NCBI RefSeq assembly: GCF_011045215.1
Contig: NZ_CP049201.1
Length of the DNA stretch: 64,000 nt
Origin: Escherichia coli
Lineage (GTDB): Bacteria; Pseudomonadota; Gammaproteobacteria; Enterobacterales; Enterobacteriaceae
Strand: one strand, 5' to 3'
The translations under genes and the position numbers were made by a program. Shown here in pieces: positions 10,888 through 19,618 of this stretch; positions within the stretch are counted from its first letter, which is position 1, and every line of letters starts with the position of its first letter. The notes beneath the pieces are model-generated. The model saw only the letters and a program-made list of their open reading frames with translations. It searched no databases and was not told the DNA's origin.

Positions 10888-12428
10888 AAATCCGTTCGCA
10901 AGTCGGCATGGTGCTTAATCTCGATAAATGTATCGGCTGCCATACCTGTTCGGTGACCTGTAAAAACGTCTGGACCGGACGCGAAGGCATGGAGTACGCA
11001 TGGTTTAACAACGTCGAAACCAAACCGGGCATTGGTTATCCGAAAAACTGGGAAGATCAGGAAGAGTGGCAAGGCGGCTGGGTGCGTGATGTGAATGGCA
11101 AGATACGCCCGCGTCTGGGCAACAAGATGGGCGTAATAACCAAAATCTTCGCCAACCCGGTGGTGCCGCAGATTGATGATTACTACGAACCTTTCACCTT
11201 CGACTACGAACATTTGCATAGCGCACCGGAAGGCAAACATATTCCTACTGCTCGCCCGCGTTCACTGATTGACGGCAAACGGATGGACAAAGTGATCTGG
11301 GGGCCAAACTGGGAAGAACTGCTGGGCGGTGAGTTCGAAAAACGTGCCCGCGACCGCAACTTCGAGGCCATGCAAAAGGAGATGTACGGGCAGTTTGAAA
11401 ACACCTTCATGATGTACCTGCCGCGCCTGTGCGAACACTGCCTCAATCCCAGCTGCGTGGCGACCTGCCCAAGCGGCGCTATCTACAAACGCGAAGAAGA
11501 CGGCATTGTGCTGATTGATCAGGATAAATGCCGTGGCTGGCGTTTGTGCATAAGCGGTTGTCCGTACAAAAAAATCTACTTCAACTGGAAAAGCGGCAAG
11601 TCAGAAAAATGCATCTTCTGTTACCCACGAATTGAGTCCGGTCAACCGACCGTGTGCTCAGAAACCTGCGTGGGTCGCATCCGGTATCTGGGCGTGCTGC
11701 TTTACGACGCCGACCGCATCGAGGAAGCGGCGAGCACCGAGCGCGAAGTTGACCTCTATGAACGCCAGTGCGAAGTGTTCCTCGATCCACACGATCCCTC
11801 AGTGATCGAGGAAGCCCTGAAACAAGGTATTCCACAAAATGTGATTGACGCTGCCCAGCGTTCGCCAGTCTACAAAATGGCGATGGACTGGAAACTGGCA
11901 CTACCGTTGCACCCTGAATACCGCACCCTGCCGATGGTCTGGTACGTTCCTCCGCTGTCACCGATTCAGTCCTACGCAGATGCGGGCGGTTTGCCGAAAA
12001 GCGAAGGCGTGCTGCCCGCCATCGAAAGCCTGCGTATTCCGGTGCAATATCTCGCCAATATGTTGAGTGCCGGCGATACCGGTCCGGTACTGCGGGCGCT
12101 GAAACGGATGATGGCGATGCGCCACTATATGCGTTCACAAACCGTGGAAGGCGTTACTGATACTCGTGCCATCGACGAAGTAGGCCTGAGCGTCGCCCAG
12201 GTCGAAGAGATGTATCGCTATCTCGCCATTGCCAACTATGAAGATCGTTTTGTTATCCCGACCAGCCATCGGGAAATGGCGGGCGATGCCTTCGCAGAAC
12301 GCAACGGCTGCGGTTTTACCTTTGGCGACGGTTGCCACGGTTCGGACAGTAAATTCAACCTGTTCAACAGTAGCCGTATCGATGCCATCAACATCACCGA
12401 AGTGCGCGACAAAGCGGAGGGCGAATAA
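10884..12428 (+). CDS. narY: Nitrate reductase 2 beta subunit NarY (Fe-S)
   Basis: 514 aa with ferredoxin-type Cys clusters (CIGCHTC...C); start overlaps narZ stop. Confidence 0.93.
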   Translation: MKIRSQVGMVLNLDKCIGCHTCSVTCKNVWTGREGMEYAWFNNVETKPGIGYPKNWEDQEEWQGGWVRDVNGKIRPRLGNKMGVITKIFANPVVPQIDDYYEPFTFDYEHLHSAPEGKHIPTARPRSLIDGKRMDKVIWGPNWEELLGGEFEKRARDRNFEAMQKEMYGQFENTFMMYLPRLCEHCLNPSCVATCPSGAIYKREEDGIVLIDQDKCRGWRLCISGCPYKKIYFNWKSGKSEKCIFCYPRIESGQPTVCSETCVGRIRYLGVLLYDADRIEEAASTEREVDLYERQCEVFLDPHDPSVIEEALKQGIPQNVIDAAQRSPVYKMAMDWKLALPLHPEYRTLPMVWYVPPLSPIQSYADAGGLPKSEGVLPAIESLRIPVQYLANMLSAGDTGPVLRALKRMMAMRHYMRSQTVEGVTDTRAIDEVGLSVAQVEEMYRYLAIANYEDRFVIPTSHREMAGDAFAERNGCGFTFGDGCHGSDSKFNLFNSSRIDAINITEVRDKAEGE

Positions 12429-13123
12429 TGCAGATCCTCAAAGTGATCGGCCTGTTGATGGAGTATCCGGACGAGCTGTTGTGGGAATGCAAGGAGGACG
12501 CGCTGGCGTTGATCCGCCGCGACGCGCCGATGCTTACGGATTTCACCCACAACCTGCTTAACGCGCCGCTGCTGGATAAACAGGCCGAATGGTGCGAAGT
12601 GTTTGACCGCGGGCGCACTACGTCGCTGCTGCTGTTCGAACATGTTCATGCCGAGTCCCGCGATCGCGGCCAGGCAATGGTGGACCTGCTGGCGGAGTAT
12701 GAAAAGGTCGGCCTGCAGCTGGATTGTCGGGAACTGCCCGATTATCTACCGCTGTATCTGGAGTATTTAAGCATACTGCCTGACGATCAGGCGAAAGAAG
12801 GATTGCTCAATGTTGCGCCGATCCTCGCCCTGCTTGGCGGTCGCTTAAAACAACGCGAGGCACCGTGGTACGCGTTGTTTGATGCTCTGCTGCAACTGGC
12901 GGGAAGTACACTTTCAAGTGACAGTGTCACAAAACAAGTAAACAGCGAAGAGCGCGATGACACCCGCCAGGCGCTTGATGCAGTGTGGGAAGAGGAACAG
13001 GTGAAGTTTATTGAAGATAACGCCACGGCGTGTGACAGCTCGCCGCTTAATCAATATCAGCGACACTTTAGCCAGGATGTCGCGCCGCAGTATGTCGATA
13101 TCAGTGCGGGAGGTGGGAAATGA
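12428..13123 (+). CDS. narW: Nitrate reductase 2 assembly chaperone NarW
   Basis: 231 aa, [18 protein letters not shown]; position in operon. Confidence 0.9.
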   Translation: MQILKVIGLLMEYPDELLWECKEDALALIRRDAPMLTDFTHNLLNAPLLDKQAEWCEVFDRGRTTSLLLFEHVHAESRDRGQAMVDLLAEYEKVGLQLDCRELPDYLPLYLEYLSILPDDQAKEGLLNVAPILALLGGRLKQREAPWYALFDALLQLAGSTLSSDSVTKQVNSEERDDTRQALDAVWEEEQVKFIEDNATACDSSPLNQYQRHFSQDVAPQYVDISAGGGK

Positions 13124-13800
13124 TTCAGTATCTGAACGTCTTTTTTTACGATATCTACCCGTACATTTGTGCGACGGTGTTTTTCCTCGGCAGCTGGCTG
13201 CGCTACGACTACGGGCAGTACACCTGGCGCGCCTCCTCAAGTCAAATGCTCGATAAACGCGGGATGGTGATATGGTCGAATCTGTTCCATATTGGCATTT
13301 TGGGGATTTTCTTCGGGCACCTGTTCGGCATGTTAACGCCGCACTGGATGTACGCGTGGTTTTTGCCGGTGGCAGCGAAACAACTAATGGCGATGGTGCT
13401 CGGAGGCATTTGCGGTGTGTTGACGTTGATTGGTGGCGCAGGACTGCTGTGGCGCAGGCTGACAAATCAGCGCGTGCGTGCCACTTCCACTACGCCGGAT
13501 ATCATCATCATGAGCATTTTGCTGGTCCAGTGTCTGTTGGGGCTAAGCACCATACCGTTTTCAGCACAGTATCCTGATGGTAGCGAAATGATGAAGCTGG
13601 TGGGTTGGGCGCAAAGCATTGTCACTTTCCGTGGTGGATCGTCAGAGATGCTTAACGGTGTAGCGTTCGTTTTCCGCCTGCATCTGGTGTTGGGAATGAC
13701 CATCTTCCTGCTCTTCCCGTTCACTAGACTGGTGCATGTGTGGAGCGCGCCGTTTGAGTACTTTACTCGTCGGTATCAGATTGTGCGTTCGCGGCGATAA
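13120..13800 (+). CDS. narV: Nitrate reductase 2 gamma subunit NarV (cytochrome b)
   Basis: 226 aa membrane protein, [15 protein letters not shown]; overlaps narW stop. Confidence 0.9.
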   Translation: MIQYLNVFFYDIYPYICATVFFLGSWLRYDYGQYTWRASSSQMLDKRGMVIWSNLFHIGILGIFFGHLFGMLTPHWMYAWFLPVAAKQLMAMVLGGICGVLTLIGGAGLLWRRLTNQRVRATSTTPDIIIMSILLVQCLLGLSTIPFSAQYPDGSEMMKLVGWAQSIVTFRGGSSEMLNGVAFVFRLHLVLGMTIFLLFPFTRLVHVWSAPFEYFTRRYQIVRSRR

Positions 13801-13879
13801 TTTTCACCCTGGCCGGATAGCCCTTCGCTCTCCGGCCACTTGCAGGCTATGATAGTTCTCCAGTCACAGGAGAACGTTA

Positions 13880-14773
13880 ATGAAACCGCAGGTTTACCAC
13901 GTCGATGCTTTTACCTCTCAACCATTTCGCGGCAATTCTGCCGGTGTTGTTTTCCCCGCCGATAATCTTAGCGAAGCGCAAATGCAGCTTATCGCCCGCG
14001 AATTAGGTCATTCGGAAACTGCTTTTCTGCTGCACAGCGACGACGGCGATGTGCGCATCCGCTACTTTACGCCAACCGTTGAAGTGCCAATTTGTGGTCA
14101 CGCGACAGTAGCTGCGCACTATGTACGTGCGAAGGTGTTAGGTTTAGGAAATTGCACGGTCTGGCAAACATCGCTGGCAGGAAAACATCGCGTGACTATC
14201 GAAAAGCACCACGATGGTTATCGTATTTCGCTGGAACAAGGTACGCCGGGCTTTGAGCCACCGCTGGAAGGTGAAACACGTGCGGCGATTATCAACGCGC
14301 TTCATCTCACTGAGGACGATATTCTGCCAGGCTTGCCAATTCAGGTGGCAACAACAGGACACTCAAAAGTGATGATCCCACTGAAACCGGAAGTGGATAT
14401 CGACGCCCTTTCGCCTGACCTTAATGCGCTGACCGCTATCAGCAAACAGATTGGCTGCAATGGTTTCTTCCCGTTCCAGATCCGCCCAGGCAAAAACGAA
14501 ACCGATGGTCGCATGTTCTCGCCTGCGATTGGTATTGTGGAAGATCCGGTGACTGGCAATGCCAATGGCCCGATGGGTGCATGGTTGGTACATCACAACG
14601 TATTGCCCCACGATGGCAAGGTGCTGCGTGTTAAAGGCCATCAGGGGCGCGCATTGGGGCGTGACGGCGTGATTGAAGTGACGGTGACAATTCGTGATAA
14701 CCAACCGGAAAAAGTCACCATTTCTGGCGCGGCGGTGATTTTGTTTCATGCCGAATGGGCAATTAAACTCTGA
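13880..14773 (+). CDS. yddE: PhzF-family isomerase-like protein YddE
   Basis: 297 aa, MKPQVYHVDAFTSQPFRGNSAGVVF (PhzF-like). Confidence 0.85.
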   Translation: MKPQVYHVDAFTSQPFRGNSAGVVFPADNLSEAQMQLIARELGHSETAFLLHSDDGDVRIRYFTPTVEVPICGHATVAAHYVRAKVLGLGNCTVWQTSLAGKHRVTIEKHHDGYRISLEQGTPGFEPPLEGETRAAIINALHLTEDDILPGLPIQVATTGHSKVMIPLKPEVDIDALSPDLNALTAISKQIGCNGFFPFQIRPGKNETDGRMFSPAIGIVEDPVTGNANGPMGAWLVHHNVLPHDGKVLRVKGHQGRALGRDGVIEVTVTIRDNQPEKVTISGAAVILFHAEWAIKL

Positions 14774-14780
14774 AACCGTT

Positions 14781-14856
14781 GCCTGATGCGCTTCGCTTAT
14801 CAGGTCTACAACCGAGCTAATGTATGCCGGATAAGGCGTTTACGCCGCATCCGGCA
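14781..14856. repeat. REP/BIME element (two REP units) between yddE and nhoA
   Basis: gcctgatgcgcttcgcttatcaggtctaca and gccggataaggcgtttacgccgcatccggca are classic REP palindromes. Confidence 0.75.
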
Positions 14857-14868
14857 ACCTGACATAAA

Positions 14869-15714
14869 TTATTTTCCCGCCTCCGGGTGCGTATCAAACG
14901 CCGCCATCACCAGCGCTAACTCATCCACGGTTAAGCCATGTTTCGCATCATCCACGCCCAGACCAAACTGTTCTTGCATCACAGCATATAACGACGCCAC
15001 ATCCGGTAGATTTCGCTGCTCCACAGCGTGCCCATTTTCATAATGGGTAAAATGAAAATTGGTCAGTGTCAGCTTGCCGCCGTCCGGCAAATGGCGGCAC
15101 ATCAGCAAATGATGGCGAAAATGCGACTGCGGCCAGTGCGCCGACCAGAAATTGCCCATCACATAATCGCTTTGTTGCTGCTCGCAGAGATCAAAACGGT
15201 ACATCGACTGCCAATGCTGATGATGATTAAACTGCAACACCCAATCATCACCCTCCTGCAACAACCGATACTCTCCGTGTGGCGTGGTCTGCACGAGATC
15301 GGGAACTAAACGAATCGGCGCGGTTAGCGTCTGCCCACCGAAACCGACATCAGCAATCCATTTTTCCTCTTCCAGTTCCACCAACAGCAAACGATGGGTG
15401 CGCGGGGGTAATGCTGGCGGATTTGATAACACTACCCGCCCTAACAAGCTGCGAACGTGAAACCCCAGCTCGCGTAACACCCGCTCAAACACGCCATTCT
15501 GCTCAAAACAGTAACCGCCACGACGGGCTATCACGAGTTTCTCTTCCAGCGATTGATCATCAAGCTGCATTTCCCTCGGCAGCAAAACGTCGAGGTTTTC
15601 AAACGGAATGGTGCAATTGTGTTTCAGGTGCAATGCACGAAGCGTATCAATATTGACCGCAGCAGTTCCCGACCAGTTAATACGGGCAAAATAGTGATTC
15701 AGAATGGGCGTCAT
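14869..15714 (-). CDS. nhoA: Arylamine N-acetyltransferase / N-hydroxyarylamine O-acetyltransferase NhoA
   Basis: 281 aa, MTPILNHYFARINWSG...GGYCFEQN (NAT catalytic Cys motif). Confidence 0.9.
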   Translation of the reverse strand: MTPILNHYFARINWSGTAAVNIDTLRALHLKHNCTIPFENLDVLLPREMQLDDQSLEEKLVIARRGGYCFEQNGVFERVLRELGFHVRSLLGRVVLSNPPALPPRTHRLLLVELEEEKWIADVGFGGQTLTAPIRLVPDLVQTTPHGEYRLLQEGDDWVLQFNHHQHWQSMYRFDLCEQQQSDYVMGNFWSAHWPQSHFRHHLLMCRHLPDGGKLTLTNFHFTHYENGHAVEQRNLPDVASLYAVMQEQFGLGVDDAKHGLTVDELALVMAAFDTHPEAGK

Positions 15715-15886
15715 CAGGCGTTTCCCTTAGTGGTTTTCTCAACTTATAACCTGGAATAGACGCCGCACCGGCTATTTTGTGCGATCGCGGACATGCATCA
15801 CGTTCGCAAATCGCCAATCCCGTTAATTTCGTTACTTATTGCGTTACGGACTACGCTTAAAAAAACCTTCTTCGCGAGGCGATACC

Positions 15887-16456
15887 ATGAGCCGATTCAT
15901 CCCCATAGAATTACACCATGCCAGCCGTCTGTTAAATCATGGCCCAACTGTCTTGATCACCAGTTTCGATGAGCAATCCCAGCGGCGTAACATTATGGCT
16001 GCAGCCTGGTCAATGCCGGTGGAGTTTGAACCTCCACGCGTGGCGATTGTGGTAGATAAATCGACATGGACCAGGGAGTTGATTGAACATAACGGTAAAT
16101 TTGGCATCGTTATCCCGGGCGTTGCAGCAACTAACTGGACGTGGGCAGTGGGAAGTGTATCTGGGCGTGAAGAAGATAAATTTAATTGCTACGGCATTCC
16201 GGTGGTGAAAGGTCCGGTGCTTGGTTTGCCACTTGTTGAAGAGAAATGCCTGGCGTGGATGGAGTGCCGCCTGCTACCTGCGACTTCTGCGCAACAAAAA
16301 TACGACACGCTGTTTGGCGAGGTGGTATCAGCAGCGGCAGACGCACGGGTATTTGTCGAAGGCCGCTGGCAGTTTGATGATGATAAGCTCAATACGTTGC
16401 ATCATTTAGGTGCTGGCACGTTTGTTACCAGCGGCAAGCGAGTTACGGCAGGTTAA
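15887..16456 (+). CDS. yddH: Flavin reductase-like protein YddH
   Basis: MSRFIPIELHHASRLLNHGP; ATG at 15887 gives the recalled 189 aa. Confidence 0.8.
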   Translation: MSRFIPIELHHASRLLNHGPTVLITSFDEQSQRRNIMAAAWSMPVEFEPPRVAIVVDKSTWTRELIEHNGKFGIVIPGVAATNWTWAVGSVSGREEDKFNCYGIPVVKGPVLGLPLVEEKCLAWMECRLLPATSAQQKYDTLFGEVVSAAADARVFVEGRWQFDDDKLNTLHHLGAGTFVTSGKRVTAG

Positions 16457-16459
16457 GCA

Positions 16460-16687
16460 TTACATGCTGTAACCGGGTTTCTTTATCAAAGCCTCCATTT
16501 GGGGCGCGATTTCGGCATCCCAGATAGCTTGCCAAGATTCTGGTTGAATCTGCTGTAGAGCAATGCTTATCGAAATGTCTTTACTGTTCAGATGGCGAAT
16601 AATAACGTCGGTAATATCTGCAGCAAGTGCTGCTTTTTGTTGTTCGTCCAGTTCACGCGGAAAACATTTAATGTCGATGTGCGGCAT
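16460..16687 (-). CDS. pptA: Tautomerase PptA (4-oxalocrotonate tautomerase family)
   Basis: [33 protein letters not shown]; Pro2 tautomerase signature; ATG at 16685-16687 with an upstream AGGAG. Confidence 0.85.
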   Translation of the reverse strand: MPHIDIKCFPRELDEQQKAALAADITDVIIRHLNSKDISISIALQQIQPESWQAIWDAEIAPQMEALIKKPGYSM

Positions 16688-16978
16688 GATTGTGCTCCTT
16701 TTGAAAGATGTCAGTAAAATTAACACACATTGTGAATGTCGTATGTCCGGTGATGCGTTTTTACGACAATAATGCCTACTTGAAATTGTAGATATTTGCA
16801 CTACACCCTTTTAAATAAAGCACCAACAAATCGTCAACTTGCAGAACATATTCTTCTGCCTACATACCATTAAGAAAACATCAAGTTTCCGACTTGCCAA
16901 TTTATTAATGCCCATTATAGACGCTGAAACAAGCCACGGACAAAGAAGATGCCAAAATTACCGGCGATGCAGAAAAAC

Positions 16979-17350
16979 TCAACGAACCAGGGCAAGATTA
17001 CGAAAGCCCGCTCCCGCAAGGACTGACGCCAGATAGTTTCTGTCCATGGCTGCTTTTCGCATCTTACGTCTTAACCCTGCCTTGAATACCTTATCATTCG
17101 TCAAAATATTAATAGCAATGTGCCGTATCCCTGAAAATAATTCTGCAGCATTTCCTCTTCTTATTTTGCAGTCGTCTTCATTCATTACCACGTCCAGACG
17201 CCAGTGCAGCTTATTCTCCACGTGCCAGTGGTTTCGGATTGCTGTGGCGAACTTCTCTGCGGTTAAATCAGCAGAACTGATATAATATCTGACCGTCATT
17301 TCTGGCTCTTTCTTTTGTTCTGCTATTATTGACCGAAAGGAGACTGCCAC
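16979..17350 (-). mobile_element. Truncated H-repeat-associated (ISAs1-family) transposase remnant, C-terminal 123 aa only
   Basis: [30 protein letters not shown] is the conserved C-terminal DDE region of H-rpt/ISAs1 transposases (K-12 ydcC/yncI lie at the equivalent place). The N-terminal two-thirds is missing. Confidence 0.7.
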
Positions 17351-17667
17351 GCATAATTTCTTCAGTCCTTTCCATTCAAACGTGAAATCAATAAGTTCAT
17401 CAGGGACATCGCAAACAATATGAAGACGGATTTCTTCTCTGCCGTGACTAAAATGCGAATTATTTAGTACAAAAAAAGCGGCGCACCTTGTTCTTTCCCA
17501 GATTCCTAATATGGCAACTTTAAGTTATCGCCGTCTATACTTATAGAAATTTCATCAGGGGTGACGTAAATAGAATTTTTTTCATCCTCAATTGCCCATA
17601 ACTGATTAATAAAAAAGTATTTTTTTCATCTAATAAAAAATTATCACATGTAGTAAAATTATTAATA

Positions 17668-18327
17668 TCAAAAAAAATCATCAGCACAATTAATTTTTAA
17701 ATTTAAAAAATAAAGAAAAATATTATTGATTGATTTGAGTGTAAACCACTTGTCATTAACAAATTTATAGCCAGATGATTTTATAAAATAATAATTATCT
17801 CCTGGTATAAAGGCATACATATCATTTAAGGTTATACTCAACAAAAAACTACGACCTGGTTTAATAGTATTCCACCGTTCAGGATTCGTATTAATTTCAA
17901 AAGGACATGAACCACCTAAGTAGTCCAACGTGATATTCCCAGAGTTGATTCTGAATGGTTTTTTGCATATCGCATCATATTCATCTCCTTTTCCATCTTT
18001 TACTTTCATAGGTAGATAATATTTAGAAAAAAAATACGTGGTAGAGCTATTGTTAGTAAAGGTTATGTTAGCAAAAATCCTGTTATTTTTTTTACTCATA
18101 GCTAATTGAGCATTGACATCCGCTATATAATTTATATGATTACATTTTTTCTTACACTCATCATAATTTTCGATAGGATAAATTAATGGCCTTCCTTTGA
18201 TATCTCTCTCAAGCCCAAACCCGTATTTTTTTATTAAAACCATTTCATCCGCAGTCGATTGAAAGGAATAGAAAAATATAATATTTACGATTGTCATTAT
18301 TATGATTTTTTTTATAGCTTGCAGCAT
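17668..18327 (-). CDS. Hypothetical exported protein (219 aa) with N-terminal signal peptide; AT-rich island ORF
   Basis: Hydrophobic N-terminus IIIMTIVNIIFFYSFQSTADE; strongly AT-rich; no family recognised. Confidence 0.45.
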   Translation of the reverse strand: MLQAIKKIIIMTIVNIIFFYSFQSTADEMVLIKKYGFGLERDIKGRPLIYPIENYDECKKKCNHINYIADVNAQLAMSKKNNRIFANITFTNNSSTTYFFSKYYLPMKVKDGKGDEYDAICKKPFRINSGNITLDYLGGSCPFEINTNPERWNTIKPGRSFLLSITLNDMYAFIPGDNYYFIKSSGYKFVNDKWFTLKSINNIFLYFLNLKINCADDFF

Positions 18328-18350
18328 TAATATATTTCTCGACTTATTAG

Positions 18351-18653
18351 TTAATGGAGAAGTGCTTTTTCTAATTCCGCTATTTTTTTCTTAACTGAAT
18401 TGCTTAATATTTCATCATTAATCGAGTCTATCTCACTTTCAATTAATCTTATTTCAAAATATCTTTCTATGTTATATGCATTCTCAAATATTTGATCTTT
18501 TTGTTTAGAGATCAGTTTAGTTGCAATACGGATATGTTCGTCATATGAAACTTCATCCTCTTTGCACGTTGAATATTTATCAGTAGTTGTATAATTCTGT
18601 GACCACATACCACCTTTTTTATTATCCCCATAATACCACTGAATATGAGACAT
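18351..18653 (-). CDS. Hypothetical small protein (100 aa), candidate immunity or accessory protein
   Basis: ATG at 18651-18653 with GGAAAGGA upstream; AT-rich; inside the VgrG island. Confidence 0.4.
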   Translation of the reverse strand: MSHIQWYYGDNKKGGMWSQNYTTTDKYSTCKEDEVSYDEHIRIATKLISKQKDQIFENAYNIERYFEIRLIESEIDSINDEILSNSVKKKIAELEKALLH

Positions 18654-18691
18654 TTCATGACATAAAGTAGCAACATGAGAATCCTTTCCCG

Positions 18692-19141
18692 TTACTGGAT
18701 TTTTTTGCCATCTCTATACTCAAATTTTGCGCCTATGTTAATTATATAGGGCATATCCTTACTTGGGCTGACGAATGCTGCAAATTCATTACAACCTGTA
18801 TAATTTATAAAACTGCTCATTGTTAAATCATTAGCTATAATCATTAATCTTCTCACACCATCCATCATAAGAAATCTAGCATTCATGCGCCTAACTGTAT
18901 TATGTCCATATTTTCTTATATTAACTTCCTTATTTCCTTTAACACCAAAGATCTTACTGAAATCATATTCCTCCTGTGCTCCCCATCTCAAAAGATCATC
19001 TGCTCTTTTTATCAAAACCAACTTTTGTGCCTTACGAACCTTATCAATCATTATTTTAAAATGATCAGTTATTTTTTGCTCTTTCACACATTCTTCTGGC
19101 TCTGGCTTTGGTTGTCCAGAAGTTTGATTATTATCGTCCAT
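18692..19141 (-). CDS. Hypothetical protein (149 aa from the ATG with an RBS; the longest ORF runs to 19198)
   Basis: GGAAGGA then ATG (MDDNNQTSGQ...) at 19141; AT-rich; no recognisable domain. Confidence 0.4.
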   Translation of the reverse strand: MDDNNQTSGQPKPEPEECVKEQKITDHFKIMIDKVRKAQKLVLIKRADDLLRWGAQEEYDFSKIFGVKGNKEVNIRKYGHNTVRRMNARFLMMDGVRRLMIIANDLTMSSFINYTGCNEFAAFVSPSKDMPYIINIGAKFEYRDGKKIQ

Positions 19142-19327
19142 AGTGTCCTTCCATTGAGAGAAAATCATCATTCGCAAATAGCAACTAAAAAGCAGCATTA
19201 CTTGACCTTTCCCTGCATAACAATATTTATAAAATAATACGTTTTATGATCTCACCTTGGGCTCCCAACAAGATAATTTCAGTTTTAAAGACTTTCACGA
19301 AAAAATATAGAAATACCTCACCACCCT

Positions 19328-19618
19328 TCACTTACCAATTAATCTCACAGGAAATCCAACTTCCTTACCACAAATACAATCCCAAGTAACATTTCCCAAA
19401 ATTTTTGATACTTTAGGCTGCAATGGCATTATTGACATTATAAATTTATCAAGTTCTTCGCTATATTTAATTCCCTTTATATTTCTTATTATTGATATTC
19501 TAGCAGTAAAGATAGCCGTCTCTCCATCTACACTAAAAGTGTAATTACAATTTTTTGTAATCTCATCAAATTCAACCGATAACAAATCAATATTATGGTT
19601 TGTAAACACTATGCCCAT
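19328..19618 (-). CDS. Putative cognate immunity protein (96 aa) for the upstream T6SS toxin
   Basis: Start overlaps the toxin stop by 26 nt, a typical toxin-immunity arrangement; small and AT-rich. Confidence 0.5.
   Translation of the reverse strand: MGIVFTNHNIDLLSVEFDEITKNCNYTFSVDGETAIFTARISIIRNIKGIKYSEELDKFIMSIMPLQPKVSKILGNVTWDCICGKEVGFPVRLIGK

Noticed and set aside
7018-13724. Many 60-190 aa ORFs on the opposite strand or in alternative frames within narZ, narY, narW and narV (for example 7018-7599, 8530-8997, 11581-12138, 12914-13465)
   Set aside because: They lie entirely inside long, well-supported nitrate reductase genes and have no start-site support; typical GC-rich antisense artefacts.
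13801-13879. Inverted repeat ggccgga...tccggcc between narV and yddE as a REP element or terminator
   Set aside because: Short stem, long loop, no REP consensus and no clear T-run; too weak to call.
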